Shown piece after piece: positions 35,895 to 46,179 of a stretch of 64,000 bases of DNA. The notes beneath the pieces were generated by a model, which did no database searches, was not told where the DNA came from, and saw nothing but the letters and a program-made list of their open reading frames with translations. Source of the DNA: Candidatus Poribacteria bacterium (GTDB lineage Bacteria; Poribacteria; WGA-4E; PCPOR2b); assembly GCA_965116925.1 (NCBI GenBank), contig OZ220744.1, forward strand, positions 6,048,001 through 6,112,000. The letters are read 5' to 3'. A program made the position numbers and the translations under genes. Position 1 is the stretch's first letter. Each line of letters opens with the position of its first letter.

Positions 35895-37631
35895 ATGCAA
35901 ATAGATCCGATAACCCTCGCCGTGATTCGTGGCAGCTTGGAGCAGATCGCGGACGAGATGGATGCCACCCTTGAACGGATGGCGTTTTCGCCGGTGATCT
36001 CGGACGGCTTCGACCGAGCCAGCGGTATTTACGATAAAACCAACGGTGAGGTCATCATGCAAGGACCACGTGGGCTGCCGAGTTTCATCTATGTCATGGA
36101 ATTCACCACCCGCACGGTGATTGAGTCGATTGAGAACATCGCGCCGGGCGACATCTACATCGTGAACGACCCCTACTTGGGCGGTACACACCTGATGGAT
36201 GTGAAGATGGTCAAGCCCGTTTTCTATAAGGGGAAACTAACCGCCTTTCTCGCCAATAGCGGACATTGGCCCGACATTGGAGGACGGGTGCCCGGTGGAT
36301 TCTCAAGCAAAGCTACGGAGATTTATCAGGAAGGGCTGCGCCTTCCACCGATACGGATTTTGGACAAAGGGGAACTGAACAGAGAGGTGCTCGATATTAT
36401 CCTACACAATGTGCGGGTGCCAGATGAACGACAAGGCGATATTATCGCACAGGTGACCGCCCTCAACCTTGGTGCTGAACGGCTGACCCGGCTGCTTGAC
36501 CGCTATGGGGAGGAGACGGTCTTTGACGCTATTGCAGAGTTGAGCGCGCGCTCGGAACAGTTGATGCGAAGTCATATTGAGACCATTCCGGATGGGGTAT
36601 ACACATTTGAAGACCATATCGACAGCGATGGCGTAGAATGGAAACCGCTCACCATCCACATGGAGATGGAGGTAAAAGGAAGCGATGTCCATATCGACTT
36701 CTCCAAGAGCAGCCCACCCTGCAAGGGACCGCTCAACAGCGTTCTCAGCACGACTATCGCTGGGGTCTATATCGGTTTTAAGCATATCTTCCCTGATGTT
36801 CCCATCAACGCGGGGTGTTTCGCGCCTTTCTCCTTTGATCTGCCTCCCACAACCTTTATCAACGCCCAACTGCCACGTCCCGTGTCTGGATGTGCCTCTG
36901 AGGTGTGTCAGCGTATCATTGACGTGGTGTTAGGCGCACTCAGTCAGGCGATCCCCGATAAAAGCTATGCCGCACCGATGGGGACGGTGACGAACCTCTC
37001 TGTAGGAGGCGAAGATCCAGAGAGGGGATATTACGTCTTTTATTCCTTCATTGGTGGTGGATACGGCGGAAATTACCTCACCGATGGACTTATTAACGGC
37101 AATCCGACCATTGCCCTCGCTCGAACCCAAGCCTTGGAAATCTTTGAGTCTCGGTATCCCGTCCTCTTTACCCGGTATACCATACGCGAAGGTTCAGGAG
37201 GGGCGGGTATGCGTCGGGGTGGCCTCGGCGTGATCTTTGAATTTCAGATTCGGCGGGGCGAGGCGAGCGCGTCAATGCTTGGAGAGCGGGGACGCTTCGC
37301 ACCCTTTGGAATCCTCGGTGGAAAATCCGCAAAATCGGCAAAACACACCTTCTTTCTCCAAGGTGAGGAATATACCCCACCCCACATCAGTAAGGATGAG
37401 GGCATTCCCATGCAGGCGGGTGATATCCTACGACTGGAGACGCCGGGGGGCGGGGGGTATGGTAACCCCACAAATCGTCCACCGGAATTAGTCTTACAGG
37501 ATGTCAAACGTGGCTACTACGACCGGAAAACGGCGGAGGAGGCGTATGGTGTCCTGATTGCGGAAAATGATAGAGCGATTGACGTCGAAGGAACAGCACA
37601 ACTACGCGCTTCTCTCCGCGCTCAACAGTGA
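35895..37631 (+). CDS. Hydantoinase B / 5-oxoprolinase family protein
   Basis: AFSPVI, NDPYLGGTHLMD, HWPDIGG, QEGLRLPP, GGAGMRRGG, TPGGGGYG. Confidence 0.95.
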   Translation: MQIDPITLAVIRGSLEQIADEMDATLERMAFSPVISDGFDRASGIYDKTNGEVIMQGPRGLPSFIYVMEFTTRTVIESIENIAPGDIYIVNDPYLGGTHLMDVKMVKPVFYKGKLTAFLANSGHWPDIGGRVPGGFSSKATEIYQEGLRLPPIRILDKGELNREVLDIILHNVRVPDERQGDIIAQVTALNLGAERLTRLLDRYGEETVFDAIAELSARSEQLMRSHIETIPDGVYTFEDHIDSDGVEWKPLTIHMEMEVKGSDVHIDFSKSSPPCKGPLNSVLSTTIAGVYIGFKHIFPDVPINAGCFAPFSFDLPPTTFINAQLPRPVSGCASEVCQRIIDVVLGALSQAIPDKSYAAPMGTVTNLSVGGEDPERGYYVFYSFIGGGYGGNYLTDGLINGNPTIALARTQALEIFESRYPVLFTRYTIREGSGGAGMRRGGLGVIFEFQIRRGEASASMLGERGRFAPFGILGGKSAKSAKHTFFLQGEEYTPPHISKDEGIPMQAGDILRLETPGGGGYGNPTNRPPELVLQDVKRGYYDRKTAEEAYGVLIAENDRAIDVEGTAQLRASLRAQQ

Positions 37632-37641
37632 GATTATGTAA

Positions 37642-39201
37642 ATGCCGACACTTAATAGTAAATCTCGCATTCGCTGGTTGCCCGCCGCTATTATCATTGC
37701 CTTAACCATTTTAGCAATTATACTGCTCTGGAGTGTAGACGCACCACAGCGACAATGGCGGGTTCTGCAGACAGTATTGGTCTTGATGCTTTCGTTCCTG
37801 CTGATGCTGCTGTGGCTGCTCTTTTTCTCACGGCTGCGGTGGAAAGTTCGACTCATTGCGTTTGGCGCGATTGTGCTGATTATCTTTCTTTCGACGACCC
37901 TGTTTCGGGTGAAAGGATTTAGCGGGGACTTAGTCCCACTGTTGGAATGGCGTTGGAGCGAAAAAGCTGCTGAATCTCTGACGAGTAATGCCTCAACCAC
38001 CCCGGGCGCATTTTCAAAGGATTATCCACAGTTTCTTGGTCCACATCGCAATGGGACCGTTCAAGGGATAAAATTGGCACGGGATTGGTCGGAACGTCCA
38101 CCGCAGCTTTTATGGCGACAACCCATCGGGGCCGGTTGGTCGGCTTTTGCTGTCGTCGGAAATTCGGCGATTACCCAAGAGCAGCGCGGCGAACACGAAA
38201 TGGTTGTCTGTTACGATCTGATGTCTGGTCAAGAGCAATGGAGCCATAGCGACCGCGACAGATATGAAGCAACGCCTGCCGGTGTTGGTCCCCGTGCAAC
38301 GCCGACAATTGTGGAAGATAGGGTATACACGCTAGGCGCAACGGGCATCCTCAACTGTTTGGATTTTGCAACCGGGGAGCGTATATGGTCGGAGGATATT
38401 CTCTATGACAACGACGCTGAGCTCGCGTCGTGGGGGATGAGTGGGTCGCCGCTCATCTTGAATGACCTTGTGGTGGTGAGTGCCGGGGGCAAAGACGGTA
38501 AGTCGTTGGTCGCCTATCACAAGGATACAGGGGAGCGCGTCTGGCGGGATGGCAGCGATCCAGCGGGATACAGCTCGCCGTTGATGGCAACGCTCGCAGG
38601 TGTGCCGCAAATTCTTATTTTCAATTATGGAAGTGTGGCTGCCCATGATCCAAGCGATGGGGGTATCCTCTGGCAGCATCCTTGGCCCAATACCACCGAG
38701 TGTATCTCTCAACCCGTGCCGCTGCCGAATGACCATCTTTTTGTCTCAAGCGGCTACGGTATCGGCTGCAAGCTGTTTCAAATCGCGCACGATGCAGATA
38801 ATCAACTGAAAGCCACTCTCGTGTGGGAAACACCCCGACTCAAAGCGAAATTCACAAACGTCGTTTACCGAGACGGATACATCTACGGGTTGGACGATGG
38901 GGTGCTTGTATGTCTTGACCTCACGGACGGGCAACGCAGGTGGAAGCGGGGTCGTTACGGGCATGGACAGGTGATATTGGTTGATGGTCCCGACGAAATT
39001 GACGATCAAAACGGTCTACTGCTTGTGAGTGGGGAGTCCGGCGATATTCTCTTAGTTGAAGTCAATCCGAATGAGAGCAAGGAGCTAGCGCGTTTCCCTG
39101 CACTAACAAGCAAAACGTGGAATAATCCCGCACTTGCTGGACAATATCTGCTTGTGAGGAATGATAGAGAGGCAGCGTGTTATGAGTTGCCTCTGGAGTA
39201 A
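37642..39201 (+). CDS. Membrane-anchored PQQ-binding-like (BamB-like) beta-propeller protein
   Basis: Three N-terminal TM helices; YPQFLGPHRNG, GPRATPTI, AGYSSP, TWNNPAL. Confidence 0.9.
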   Translation: MPTLNSKSRIRWLPAAIIIALTILAIILLWSVDAPQRQWRVLQTVLVLMLSFLLMLLWLLFFSRLRWKVRLIAFGAIVLIIFLSTTLFRVKGFSGDLVPLLEWRWSEKAAESLTSNASTTPGAFSKDYPQFLGPHRNGTVQGIKLARDWSERPPQLLWRQPIGAGWSAFAVVGNSAITQEQRGEHEMVVCYDLMSGQEQWSHSDRDRYEATPAGVGPRATPTIVEDRVYTLGATGILNCLDFATGERIWSEDILYDNDAELASWGMSGSPLILNDLVVVSAGGKDGKSLVAYHKDTGERVWRDGSDPAGYSSPLMATLAGVPQILIFNYGSVAAHDPSDGGILWQHPWPNTTECISQPVPLPNDHLFVSSGYGIGCKLFQIAHDADNQLKATLVWETPRLKAKFTNVVYRDGYIYGLDDGVLVCLDLTDGQRRWKRGRYGHGQVILVDGPDEIDDQNGLLLVSGESGDILLVEVNPNESKELARFPALTSKTWNNPALAGQYLLVRNDREAACYELPLE

Positions 39202-39300
39202 CAGGAAAACCAGAAAACGGGAAACCCCTCCACGAATCACGCCAATCTTCACGAATTAAAAAAGCCCGGCAGGAGCGGTTTTCAAATTTTCCCCAGGACC

Positions 39301-39329
39301 GGTAGGTGCGGTTTGAAACCGCACCTACC
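39301..39329. repeat. GTAG-REP-like palindrome
   Basis: ggtaggtgcggtttgaaaccgcacctacc. Confidence 0.8.
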
Positions 39330-39360
39330 AAGGGGACGAAAGTAAAACATGAGGCAAACG

Positions 39361-41961
39361 ATGACACATAAAGTCCGTCTCAGCGTTTCAGGGACAAAAG
39401 GAATTCCTCATCAAAATGCACCCATCACGCAAGGGGTTCCGTTGCCAAAGGGAGCTTTGCAGAATTTAGATCCAGTTTGGGTCGAAGATGGTGATGGCCA
39501 ACCTGTATCCGCGCAGTTTCGGCCGTTGAGCCGATGGGAGGACGGGAGTCTGAAGTGGGTACTAACCGATTTCTTGGCGGATGTACCAGCCGAGGGGCGA
39601 GTCGATTATGCCTTCTGCTACGGTCAAAAATCCGCATCAATTCCGTCAAATGGGACAATCCAGATCGATGAGAGCGATGACCGAATTACCGTCTGTACCG
39701 GACCGCTGCAATTTGTCGTCAATCGTCGACAGTTCTCGCTGATTGAATCTGCTGAATTGGGGAATGTGAGTGCGGAGAGTGGATTCATACCGGAGTGCGA
39801 AGTCATCCGTAGGGAACGCAGATCTGCGTTCCCTACTAGTGGTGAGGCGTGGGTGCGTATCTGTGAGTCATTCGACAGCACGGCGGGGAAACGTTACCTC
39901 TACGGGATGGGCGGCGACTGTCTGGCTTCATTGGCAAAAGATGATTACACTGTAGAACTAGAGGAGGTAGGACCACTGCGGGTGGTCATCAAGTGCAGCG
40001 GGGCATTTGAGGCGGACATCCCTATGCACCACTACGCGGGATACCGACCCTTTCAGTTGGTCACGCGGATTTACGCCTATGCGGGACAAACTCACCTTCG
40101 TGTGCTTCATACTGTGGTGATGGCGTGTAATCCGAGAGAAACTGAGGTGGAGGAGATTGCCCTACGGGTGCCGGTTTCTCTGAAAAATCCGGTACGTTTT
40201 CGGGCAGCGTCGTTGCGACGAACCGAGGACCGCCTTAATCCCGATGAAGCAATCCTGTTGCACCAACGATCGGACAATCAGTTCTTGCTTGAACGGCAAC
40301 GTGTGGGAGAACATCGAATCGTCGCTGAAGGTGAACGGACGGAGGGGTGGATGACGGTTGAGGATGACCAAGTAGGAGTCGGAGTCGGTCTGCGACACAT
40401 GCCAGAAGAGTATCCCAAAGCGTTGCGGGCGGCAGGAACTGGAAACGGTATTGATGTTTTTCTCTGGAAAGGTGTAGATGGAAAACGGCTCAGCCTCAAG
40501 CGATATGCGGAGGAAATGTCGTGGGGAGAAGGTGAAGGGGTCTACGCCGACGGCACCGGCACAGCGAAAACGAGCGAATTTTTTGTCTGCTTCTACAAAG
40601 CTGCAGCGCGTGAGGAGATTCCCGATAGGCTGCGGGGACTACTGACACCGCCGCACGTCGCCGTTGATCCTGAATGGATGGCACAATGCGAAGTGACCGG
40701 CGGATTTGCTCCAATTAATCCCAAACAGTTCCCCGAATCTGAGCGGATGATGACCGGCTTTTTGGACTGGTTGACCCGGAACATTCAACTCGGTCGATGG
40801 TACGGCTTTTTCGATTGGGGGGACGCACTTGTCACATGGGAGCAGGAAGCAAACGATTGGCGGTTCTACGGTCGGTGGGGTTGGTGTAACAGTGAATGGG
40901 ACCCGCGGCACGGTGTCTGGATTCAGTATCTGCGCACAGGCAGAGCGGATTATTTCCGGTTGGGTGAGTCCATGACACGACACTCAGCAGATGTGGATAC
41001 GTGTCATTTCCATCCGTTCCGCCCTTATATGGTCGGCGGTTGCTTTCGACACAGCACAGATCATTTCGGCGATGAGCCTTGTGCGTCACACACCTTTTTG
41101 GATGGCTGGATGGATTACTACTATCTGACAGGCGATCTGCGGACTTATGAGGTGCTTCAGGAGGCAGGGGAGTTCTTTTTGCGTTACCGATGGACGGAGG
41201 ACCCGACCTATAGTTTCAGTTTACGAAGTATCGCCAATGTACTTAGGGGATTGCTCTACCTTTATGAAATCACCGGCGAATCACGATTCTTGGAACGAGC
41301 CGAGGCGGTCTACACCGTAATTGCCCGTGGACAGAACGAGGATGGTAGCTGGCACAAGCGGTTTCAGATTTCGACGCCGGATAAACTGCCGAATCAGGGC
41401 CCCTACGGCATGGCGACGGAAGGGACGACGTTGGCAGTGGAGATGGGAACCGCCCCGCCTTTTACCAATGCGGAATACTGGAAATGGAAGGGTATTAGTG
41501 CTGGGGAATTTGCTGCTCCAAACGCGGAACCACCCATCCGTGTGTTGCCGATGGAGGAGCAGAAGGGGTATCAGACGCACTATCTGATGGTTGGGTTAGA
41601 GCTGCTCCACCGCATGACTGGACGGGATGATGTCGCGGAAGTTTATCGCCGTGCCGTGGACTGGTTTTGCGGCTATCCAGATCCCCTCAATGCTGAATTT
41701 GCCCTGCAACAGCGTTATGGCGGCGTCATCTGCCGGCACCTCGCCTATGCCTACCAGCTGACGGGAGAACGGAAATATCTGGAGATTGGGCGGACAGTGC
41801 TTCGGTGCCTGATTGCGGATCAGGATTGGAGCGATGACCCGAAACGTCGGGGCGCGGTGGAATTGACCCCAATGACAATAAGCCTGCTCTTTTTCGGCGT
41901 TCCGTATTTCCTTGGAAAACTCAGTGAGGCGGAAATGGGTGAGGCAAATGAAAGTGAGTGA
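39361..41961 (+). CDS. Large exo-rhamnogalacturonan-lyase-like (PcRGLX/YetA-type) protein
   Basis: N-terminal PITQGVPLPKG...WEDGSLKW, then WYGFFDWGD, NSEWD, HSADVD, SHT motifs of the alpha/alpha-barrel. Confidence 0.7.
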   Translation: MTHKVRLSVSGTKGIPHQNAPITQGVPLPKGALQNLDPVWVEDGDGQPVSAQFRPLSRWEDGSLKWVLTDFLADVPAEGRVDYAFCYGQKSASIPSNGTIQIDESDDRITVCTGPLQFVVNRRQFSLIESAELGNVSAESGFIPECEVIRRERRSAFPTSGEAWVRICESFDSTAGKRYLYGMGGDCLASLAKDDYTVELEEVGPLRVVIKCSGAFEADIPMHHYAGYRPFQLVTRIYAYAGQTHLRVLHTVVMACNPRETEVEEIALRVPVSLKNPVRFRAASLRRTEDRLNPDEAILLHQRSDNQFLLERQRVGEHRIVAEGERTEGWMTVEDDQVGVGVGLRHMPEEYPKALRAAGTGNGIDVFLWKGVDGKRLSLKRYAEEMSWGEGEGVYADGTGTAKTSEFFVCFYKAAAREEIPDRLRGLLTPPHVAVDPEWMAQCEVTGGFAPINPKQFPESERMMTGFLDWLTRNIQLGRWYGFFDWGDALVTWEQEANDWRFYGRWGWCNSEWDPRHGVWIQYLRTGRADYFRLGESMTRHSADVDTCHFHPFRPYMVGGCFRHSTDHFGDEPCASHTFLDGWMDYYYLTGDLRTYEVLQEAGEFFLRYRWTEDPTYSFSLRSIANVLRGLLYLYEITGESRFLERAEAVYTVIARGQNEDGSWHKRFQISTPDKLPNQGPYGMATEGTTLAVEMGTAPPFTNAEYWKWKGISAGEFAAPNAEPPIRVLPMEEQKGYQTHYLMVGLELLHRMTGRDDVAEVYRRAVDWFCGYPDPLNAEFALQQRYGGVICRHLAYAYQLTGERKYLEIGRTVLRCLIADQDWSDDPKRRGAVELTPMTISLLFFGVPYFLGKLSEAEMGEANESE
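39809..39836. repeat. Perfect 28-bp GTAG...CTAC palindrome inside a coding sequence
   Basis: gtagggaacgcagatctgcgttccctac, read as RRERRSAFPT. Confidence 0.9.
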
Positions 41962-41966
41962 AATTC

Positions 41967-42079
41967 AACGCAACGACGCAAAGTCGCAAAAGACAGAAAG
42001 CGAGAAAACGAGAGTTGACTCCTCTGTTGCCCCATTTTTCTATTCTCTGATCCTTCTTACGTCCTAGCATCTTTGCGTT
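41967..42079. repeat. Imperfect palindrome between convergent genes
   Basis: aacgcaacgacgcaaagtcgcaaaag...catctttgcgtt, with nested gagaaaac repeats. Confidence 0.65.
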
Positions 42080-42141
42080 TATTTTCTTTGCCACTTTTTG
42101 CTTTTTGGCTGCCCGATGTGCCTAGGTGAGCTGCCACGGAT

Positions 42142-42810
42142 CTACTCGCGAGCCAAAACGACGCGGGCGCCCTCAGCTGAGCTAATCTTCCTCACAGCCC
42201 CCGTCTTGAGCAATGCCAAGTCTTCACCCGCTAACTCAAGCTCCAATCCCTCAACGGTCAAATTGATTGTCCCACCGACAACCAGCCAATGCTCATTGCA
42301 GGTCAAAGGTGCTTCATCAATCCCCTCACCGGGGTCGAATGTGACGGCTCGCCACTCACTCAATGGACAGCGTGATCCACGGTTCGGGATGGGACCGGTG
42401 TTGTGCTCACCGGGAAGGACAAACCCCGGAACGGTCGGGATCGGAGGACCTGCTTCCTCAACCAAGATATGTATTGGTCGCTTCTGTCGCTCAAGTTGTG
42501 TCACGATGGCATTGTTCTCGTAGTCGGTAAACATCTGGAACCGATGTACGACGCCCATGGGCGTATAGACGATTGTATTGGGCGTGATCTCGAAGCGTTG
42601 ATCGTTTAGCCAGACCTCGCCGCGCCCGGCAGTGAACAACCACATCTCGTCGTTGTCGTGATAGTGCGGTTCAACCCCTGTGCCTATCTGTTGGTTAGGG
42701 AAGTGACGGAACGCACTGAGTGCTGTCCAGTCTGGGTAGATACCCTGTTCCCAATAGATATTGTTCGCATTTCCTGAACGAATCATGTAGCGTTGGTTTT
42801 CTATTATCAT
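42142..42810 (-). CDS. Bicupin protein
   Basis: PHYHDNDEMW...G...PMGVVHRF cupin motifs; second degenerate cupin. Confidence 0.85.
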   Translation of the reverse strand: MIIENQRYMIRSGNANNIYWEQGIYPDWTALSAFRHFPNQQIGTGVEPHYHDNDEMWLFTAGRGEVWLNDQRFEITPNTIVYTPMGVVHRFQMFTDYENNAIVTQLERQKRPIHILVEEAGPPIPTVPGFVLPGEHNTGPIPNRGSRCPLSEWRAVTFDPGEGIDEAPLTCNEHWLVVGGTINLTVEGLELELAGEDLALLKTGAVRKISSAEGARVVLARE

Positions 42811-42962
42811 TGGTTCATTAGTCCGTTAGTTCAAAAGTTCATTGGTTCATTGCTGCAAAGATGCAACAATTGACACGGAGGACAGAGAGAAAACGGAAAA
42901 GCGAATTATCTCGTTTTCACGTTTTCGCGTCTTCTGGTTTTCTCGGAGTTAATCAACACACA

Positions 42963-44591
42963 CTAGTGATACTCAAGGTGTATTTCAAGTTTCTCAATCA
43001 AAATCTGATGTTGGGCATTAACAGGGTGTTCAGTCACTCGGACGCCGACGAGATTATTCCCCACCGCTAAAAACTTGGGTTGTACCGCAAACACCAACCA
43101 CCCCTCCTCGATCGTCGGTGTTCCTAAGAAGATATTATTGACCCGCACCTCGATCTGATCTTCTATCTCTTTCGCTGCTGGGCTGTTCTGGAGGGTGCCG
43201 GGGTGACCGATGGTTGCCACAGTAACCGGATGCAGCCGCTGGTCTTCTGGCAGATTTTCCGCCTCCGGATCGGACAGCAGCAGACGGAGCGTAATTTGAT
43301 CGACGAGATCGGCATTCGCAGCCACATCATCTGCGACAGCGATTGTTAAGAGGGTATCCACTGCCCCATTGTTATCTAAAGGTGCGGGTAACTGCCCGAA
43401 CATATTCGTGTTGAAGTACATGAATCGGGGTGTACTCCAATCCTCTGGATTGGGTATGACGATTGTGCCGTGTCCACCACCCCGACGTTGCACAACGAAG
43501 ATCTTGTTCTTGTGTTTAAGGGCATCTGTGTCACCAATTTCCTGATACGCTTGACGATGTGTGTACCATCCCTTCTCTAGGTACATCTGACCGAGGATGC
43601 GATCTGTTTCCTCTGGCGTTGCATGCGCGAAGTTGAAGGTCTGGATGCCATCTGCACCCTGCTGATACCAATTCGCCGCCACACCCCGCATCACTTCAAT
43701 GGGGGGCCACTGATAACCGTCTGAGGCGTGATGATCGTCGATGCACGGATAGAGTTTGATGTTCGTTCCTGCTGTGATTCTACGGAACGCTGGGATGTCC
43801 ACATCGAACGATCGGCAGCCCATAACGAAGATATCTAGGAGTTCCTCCCGCGCCCACGTCTCGGGGTCGATACCATCGAAATGACATCCCTCCAAGTTTT
43901 CAGGTATGCGTGCCGCAAGCAGAAGTGGACGCCCACGCTTACGCCCAACTTCCTGCAGCATCGCTCGTGTTGCGCGTATAAAATCGGTGAGTCTATCGCG
44001 GTTCTCCCACTGATGTCCCGGTGGTAGGACGGGACAGACCCTCGCAAAATCCAGCTCAATACCGTCGAAGTCGTAATCCTCTGCTGCTTCACGGAGAATA
44101 CTTAGCTTGTATTCGTGAACGCCTTCAAGGGCGAAGTTCCAGTAACCGTTGGCGTTCCACGTACGGATAAGCCAGTCGGGGTGTGCTTCCTTCATCGGAA
44201 TTTCCGCGACGGGACCCAAGTCGTTATCCGAACCGTTGATTCGGTAGGAAAAGAACGATTCTATACCCCGCTGCTTCGCTGCCTCAAGGAACACCTGCAC
44301 GATGTTGATGCCCTCGTCCGCCCACTTTTTGAATCCGGGCGAATCGTAGAGCGGTAGGACATCGCTCGGATAAGGTGCCTGATGCCCCTCGCCCCAACTC
44401 CAGTAGATGCTGTCGATGTGTGTCCCCGGTTCGTCGGCGAACATAAACTTCCACTCGACCAACCGCTCAATCTCTTTTGTGGCGAACCTTGCGCCGTCCG
44501 CTGAAATAACGTCGAAATTAACAATTATCCGCCTCCGTCGATTTATCGCATCAATGTGTGCTGCGGAAAGTTGCCCCTTCATTTGGACCAA
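42963..44591 (-). CDS. Glycosyl-hydrolase-like (GHL10-type) TIM-barrel protein
   Basis: IIVNFD, FFSYRING, DFDGIELDF, GADGIQTFN. Confidence 0.75.
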   Translation of the reverse strand: MVQMKGQLSAAHIDAINRRRRIIVNFDVISADGARFATKEIERLVEWKFMFADEPGTHIDSIYWSWGEGHQAPYPSDVLPLYDSPGFKKWADEGINIVQVFLEAAKQRGIESFFSYRINGSDNDLGPVAEIPMKEAHPDWLIRTWNANGYWNFALEGVHEYKLSILREAAEDYDFDGIELDFARVCPVLPPGHQWENRDRLTDFIRATRAMLQEVGRKRGRPLLLAARIPENLEGCHFDGIDPETWAREELLDIFVMGCRSFDVDIPAFRRITAGTNIKLYPCIDDHHASDGYQWPPIEVMRGVAANWYQQGADGIQTFNFAHATPEETDRILGQMYLEKGWYTHRQAYQEIGDTDALKHKNKIFVVQRRGGGHGTIVIPNPEDWSTPRFMYFNTNMFGQLPAPLDNNGAVDTLLTIAVADDVAANADLVDQITLRLLLSDPEAENLPEDQRLHPVTVATIGHPGTLQNSPAAKEIEDQIEVRVNNIFLGTPTIEEGWLVFAVQPKFLAVGNNLVGVRVTEHPVNAQHQILIEKLEIHLEYH

Positions 44592-44600
44592 TCCTTTCTG

Positions 44601-46034
44601 CTACCGGAGTTGGAACGCATACAACTTCACTGATTGTCCTACAAATCGCAAGCGCACCGTTTGTCCTTTGAGTGCTGAGAGGTTTTGTTGGCCGTCCCAT
44701 GTTACGATTTGGGCTGTGCTGCTTCCACCGAGTCGATCTGCTTCTGCCTCTGTAAAACCTTTCAATGGCTGCATCGCCTCGTTCAAGATTTCGACCTTGA
44801 GCGAACCTCTAGCGCTACCGTCCATGTTTACCTCTAGGTGATTCCCTTCAGCAGTAAAGGGAAGCGTGGTCAGCCACCCCTCCTGTCCGGCGGCGTCTTG
44901 GGAGACAAAACCATCAAGACGCAGCAGCGCGGATCCGATGGCGGGATAGTATTCTTCGCCGGTGACCTTATCGTGGGGTTGGTCATAGCCGGTATAATAG
45001 AGCCGAAGTTCATCACCGATGGGCAACACACCGACCCCCATGTAGAGCATTAGCGAGTCGAAAGCACCATCGGGACCAAGCCGCACAAAGGGTTCTCGCC
45101 ACCGTGTGAAATCTATACCATTACGGCTGGTCGCAAGTTGGATGTCCAATGCGTCAGTGGTGTGGTAATAAGCGGCGGTAAAGATAAAGTATGCGTCGTC
45201 CGCTAATGGATATTTCAGTGCTGCCGTATCATAGAGACCACCGCCCCACATATCCGCATCTTCGGGATGGTCGAAATCAGGCTCTAGGATCTTTTCTGGC
45301 ACAGGGAAGTTCTCGAAGTCCGTGCTTTCTGACCGGGCGATAGCGCGGTAGTCAAAAGACCCTCGCTGTGCTCCATCCTCCACCCGCAGGTATTCGTTCC
45401 AACGGACATACGCCACATACTTCTGAATACGGTCATCCCAAAACGCCACATTTCTCGTATCGGTATACCACGGCATAATCAGTTTCTCGCAGGGTGTCCA
45501 GTGGATTCCATCAGGTGAATACAAACCACCGACGCTACCGTAATGCCATGTTTCCGGTGGGTCTTCGTCGTACCGGAACCGTGCCCCGCCGCAATTTACT
45601 GCTATATAGTCGTATTTGCCAGCACCAAGAATACACTTGAAACGCCGTTCAGGTTCAGCAGATGGATCTTTGAAGATGCTCCCGTGATTGAGGTCAAGAG
45701 AGATGATATTATTTTCCCGCGATCCTTGGTAATCGCTGAGTCCAAGGTCGGGACGCTCCCAGTGGACCCCATCCGTAGATGTGGCGAAGCAATCTCGTGG
45801 TACTCCATCTTCCCCGTTGGCGGAATACCACATTTTGTAGACGCCTTCGTCTAACATCACCGTGGGGTTACTACAGCCGCGCAACTCCCACGGCTTTTCA
45901 GGAGCCAGCACGGGCGTATTGGTCCGCGTGGCGGGGTTCATGGTAGTGGTAAACCCCTCTTTCGCTTCAACAAGAGTGTCATCAAAGAGGAGTTGTTTTG
46001 CTGTCCCCAAAGCTAAGGGATTGGATTGAGGCAT
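44601..46034 (-). CDS. Five-bladed beta-propeller glycoside-hydrolase-like protein
   Basis: KQLLFDD, YKMWY, STDGVHW, SPDGIHW, DTRN, LRLDGFVS, KLYAFQ. Confidence 0.75.
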   Translation of the reverse strand: MPQSNPLALGTAKQLLFDDTLVEAKEGFTTTMNPATRTNTPVLAPEKPWELRGCSNPTVMLDEGVYKMWYSANGEDGVPRDCFATSTDGVHWERPDLGLSDYQGSRENNIISLDLNHGSIFKDPSAEPERRFKCILGAGKYDYIAVNCGGARFRYDEDPPETWHYGSVGGLYSPDGIHWTPCEKLIMPWYTDTRNVAFWDDRIQKYVAYVRWNEYLRVEDGAQRGSFDYRAIARSESTDFENFPVPEKILEPDFDHPEDADMWGGGLYDTAALKYPLADDAYFIFTAAYYHTTDALDIQLATSRNGIDFTRWREPFVRLGPDGAFDSLMLYMGVGVLPIGDELRLYYTGYDQPHDKVTGEEYYPAIGSALLRLDGFVSQDAAGQEGWLTTLPFTAEGNHLEVNMDGSARGSLKVEILNEAMQPLKGFTEAEADRLGGSSTAQIVTWDGQQNLSALKGQTVRLRFVGQSVKLYAFQLR

Positions 46035-46083
46035 GTAATTTCTCCTTATTACAAACGGATGCTTGGATATACCTAAAAATTCA

Positions 46084-46175
46084 GGCTCGGACCAAGAGAA
46101 GGTGCGAGATGTTAAGAGAAACCGAGTTTTTTCTTCAAAACTCGGTTTCTGTCGTGTGATTTTTTAAGATGAGCG
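46084..46175 (+). mobile_element. Shell family A element
   Basis: ggctc...agaaaccgagttttttcttcaaaactcggtttct...taagatgagc. Confidence 0.8.
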
Positions 46176-46179
46176 AAAA

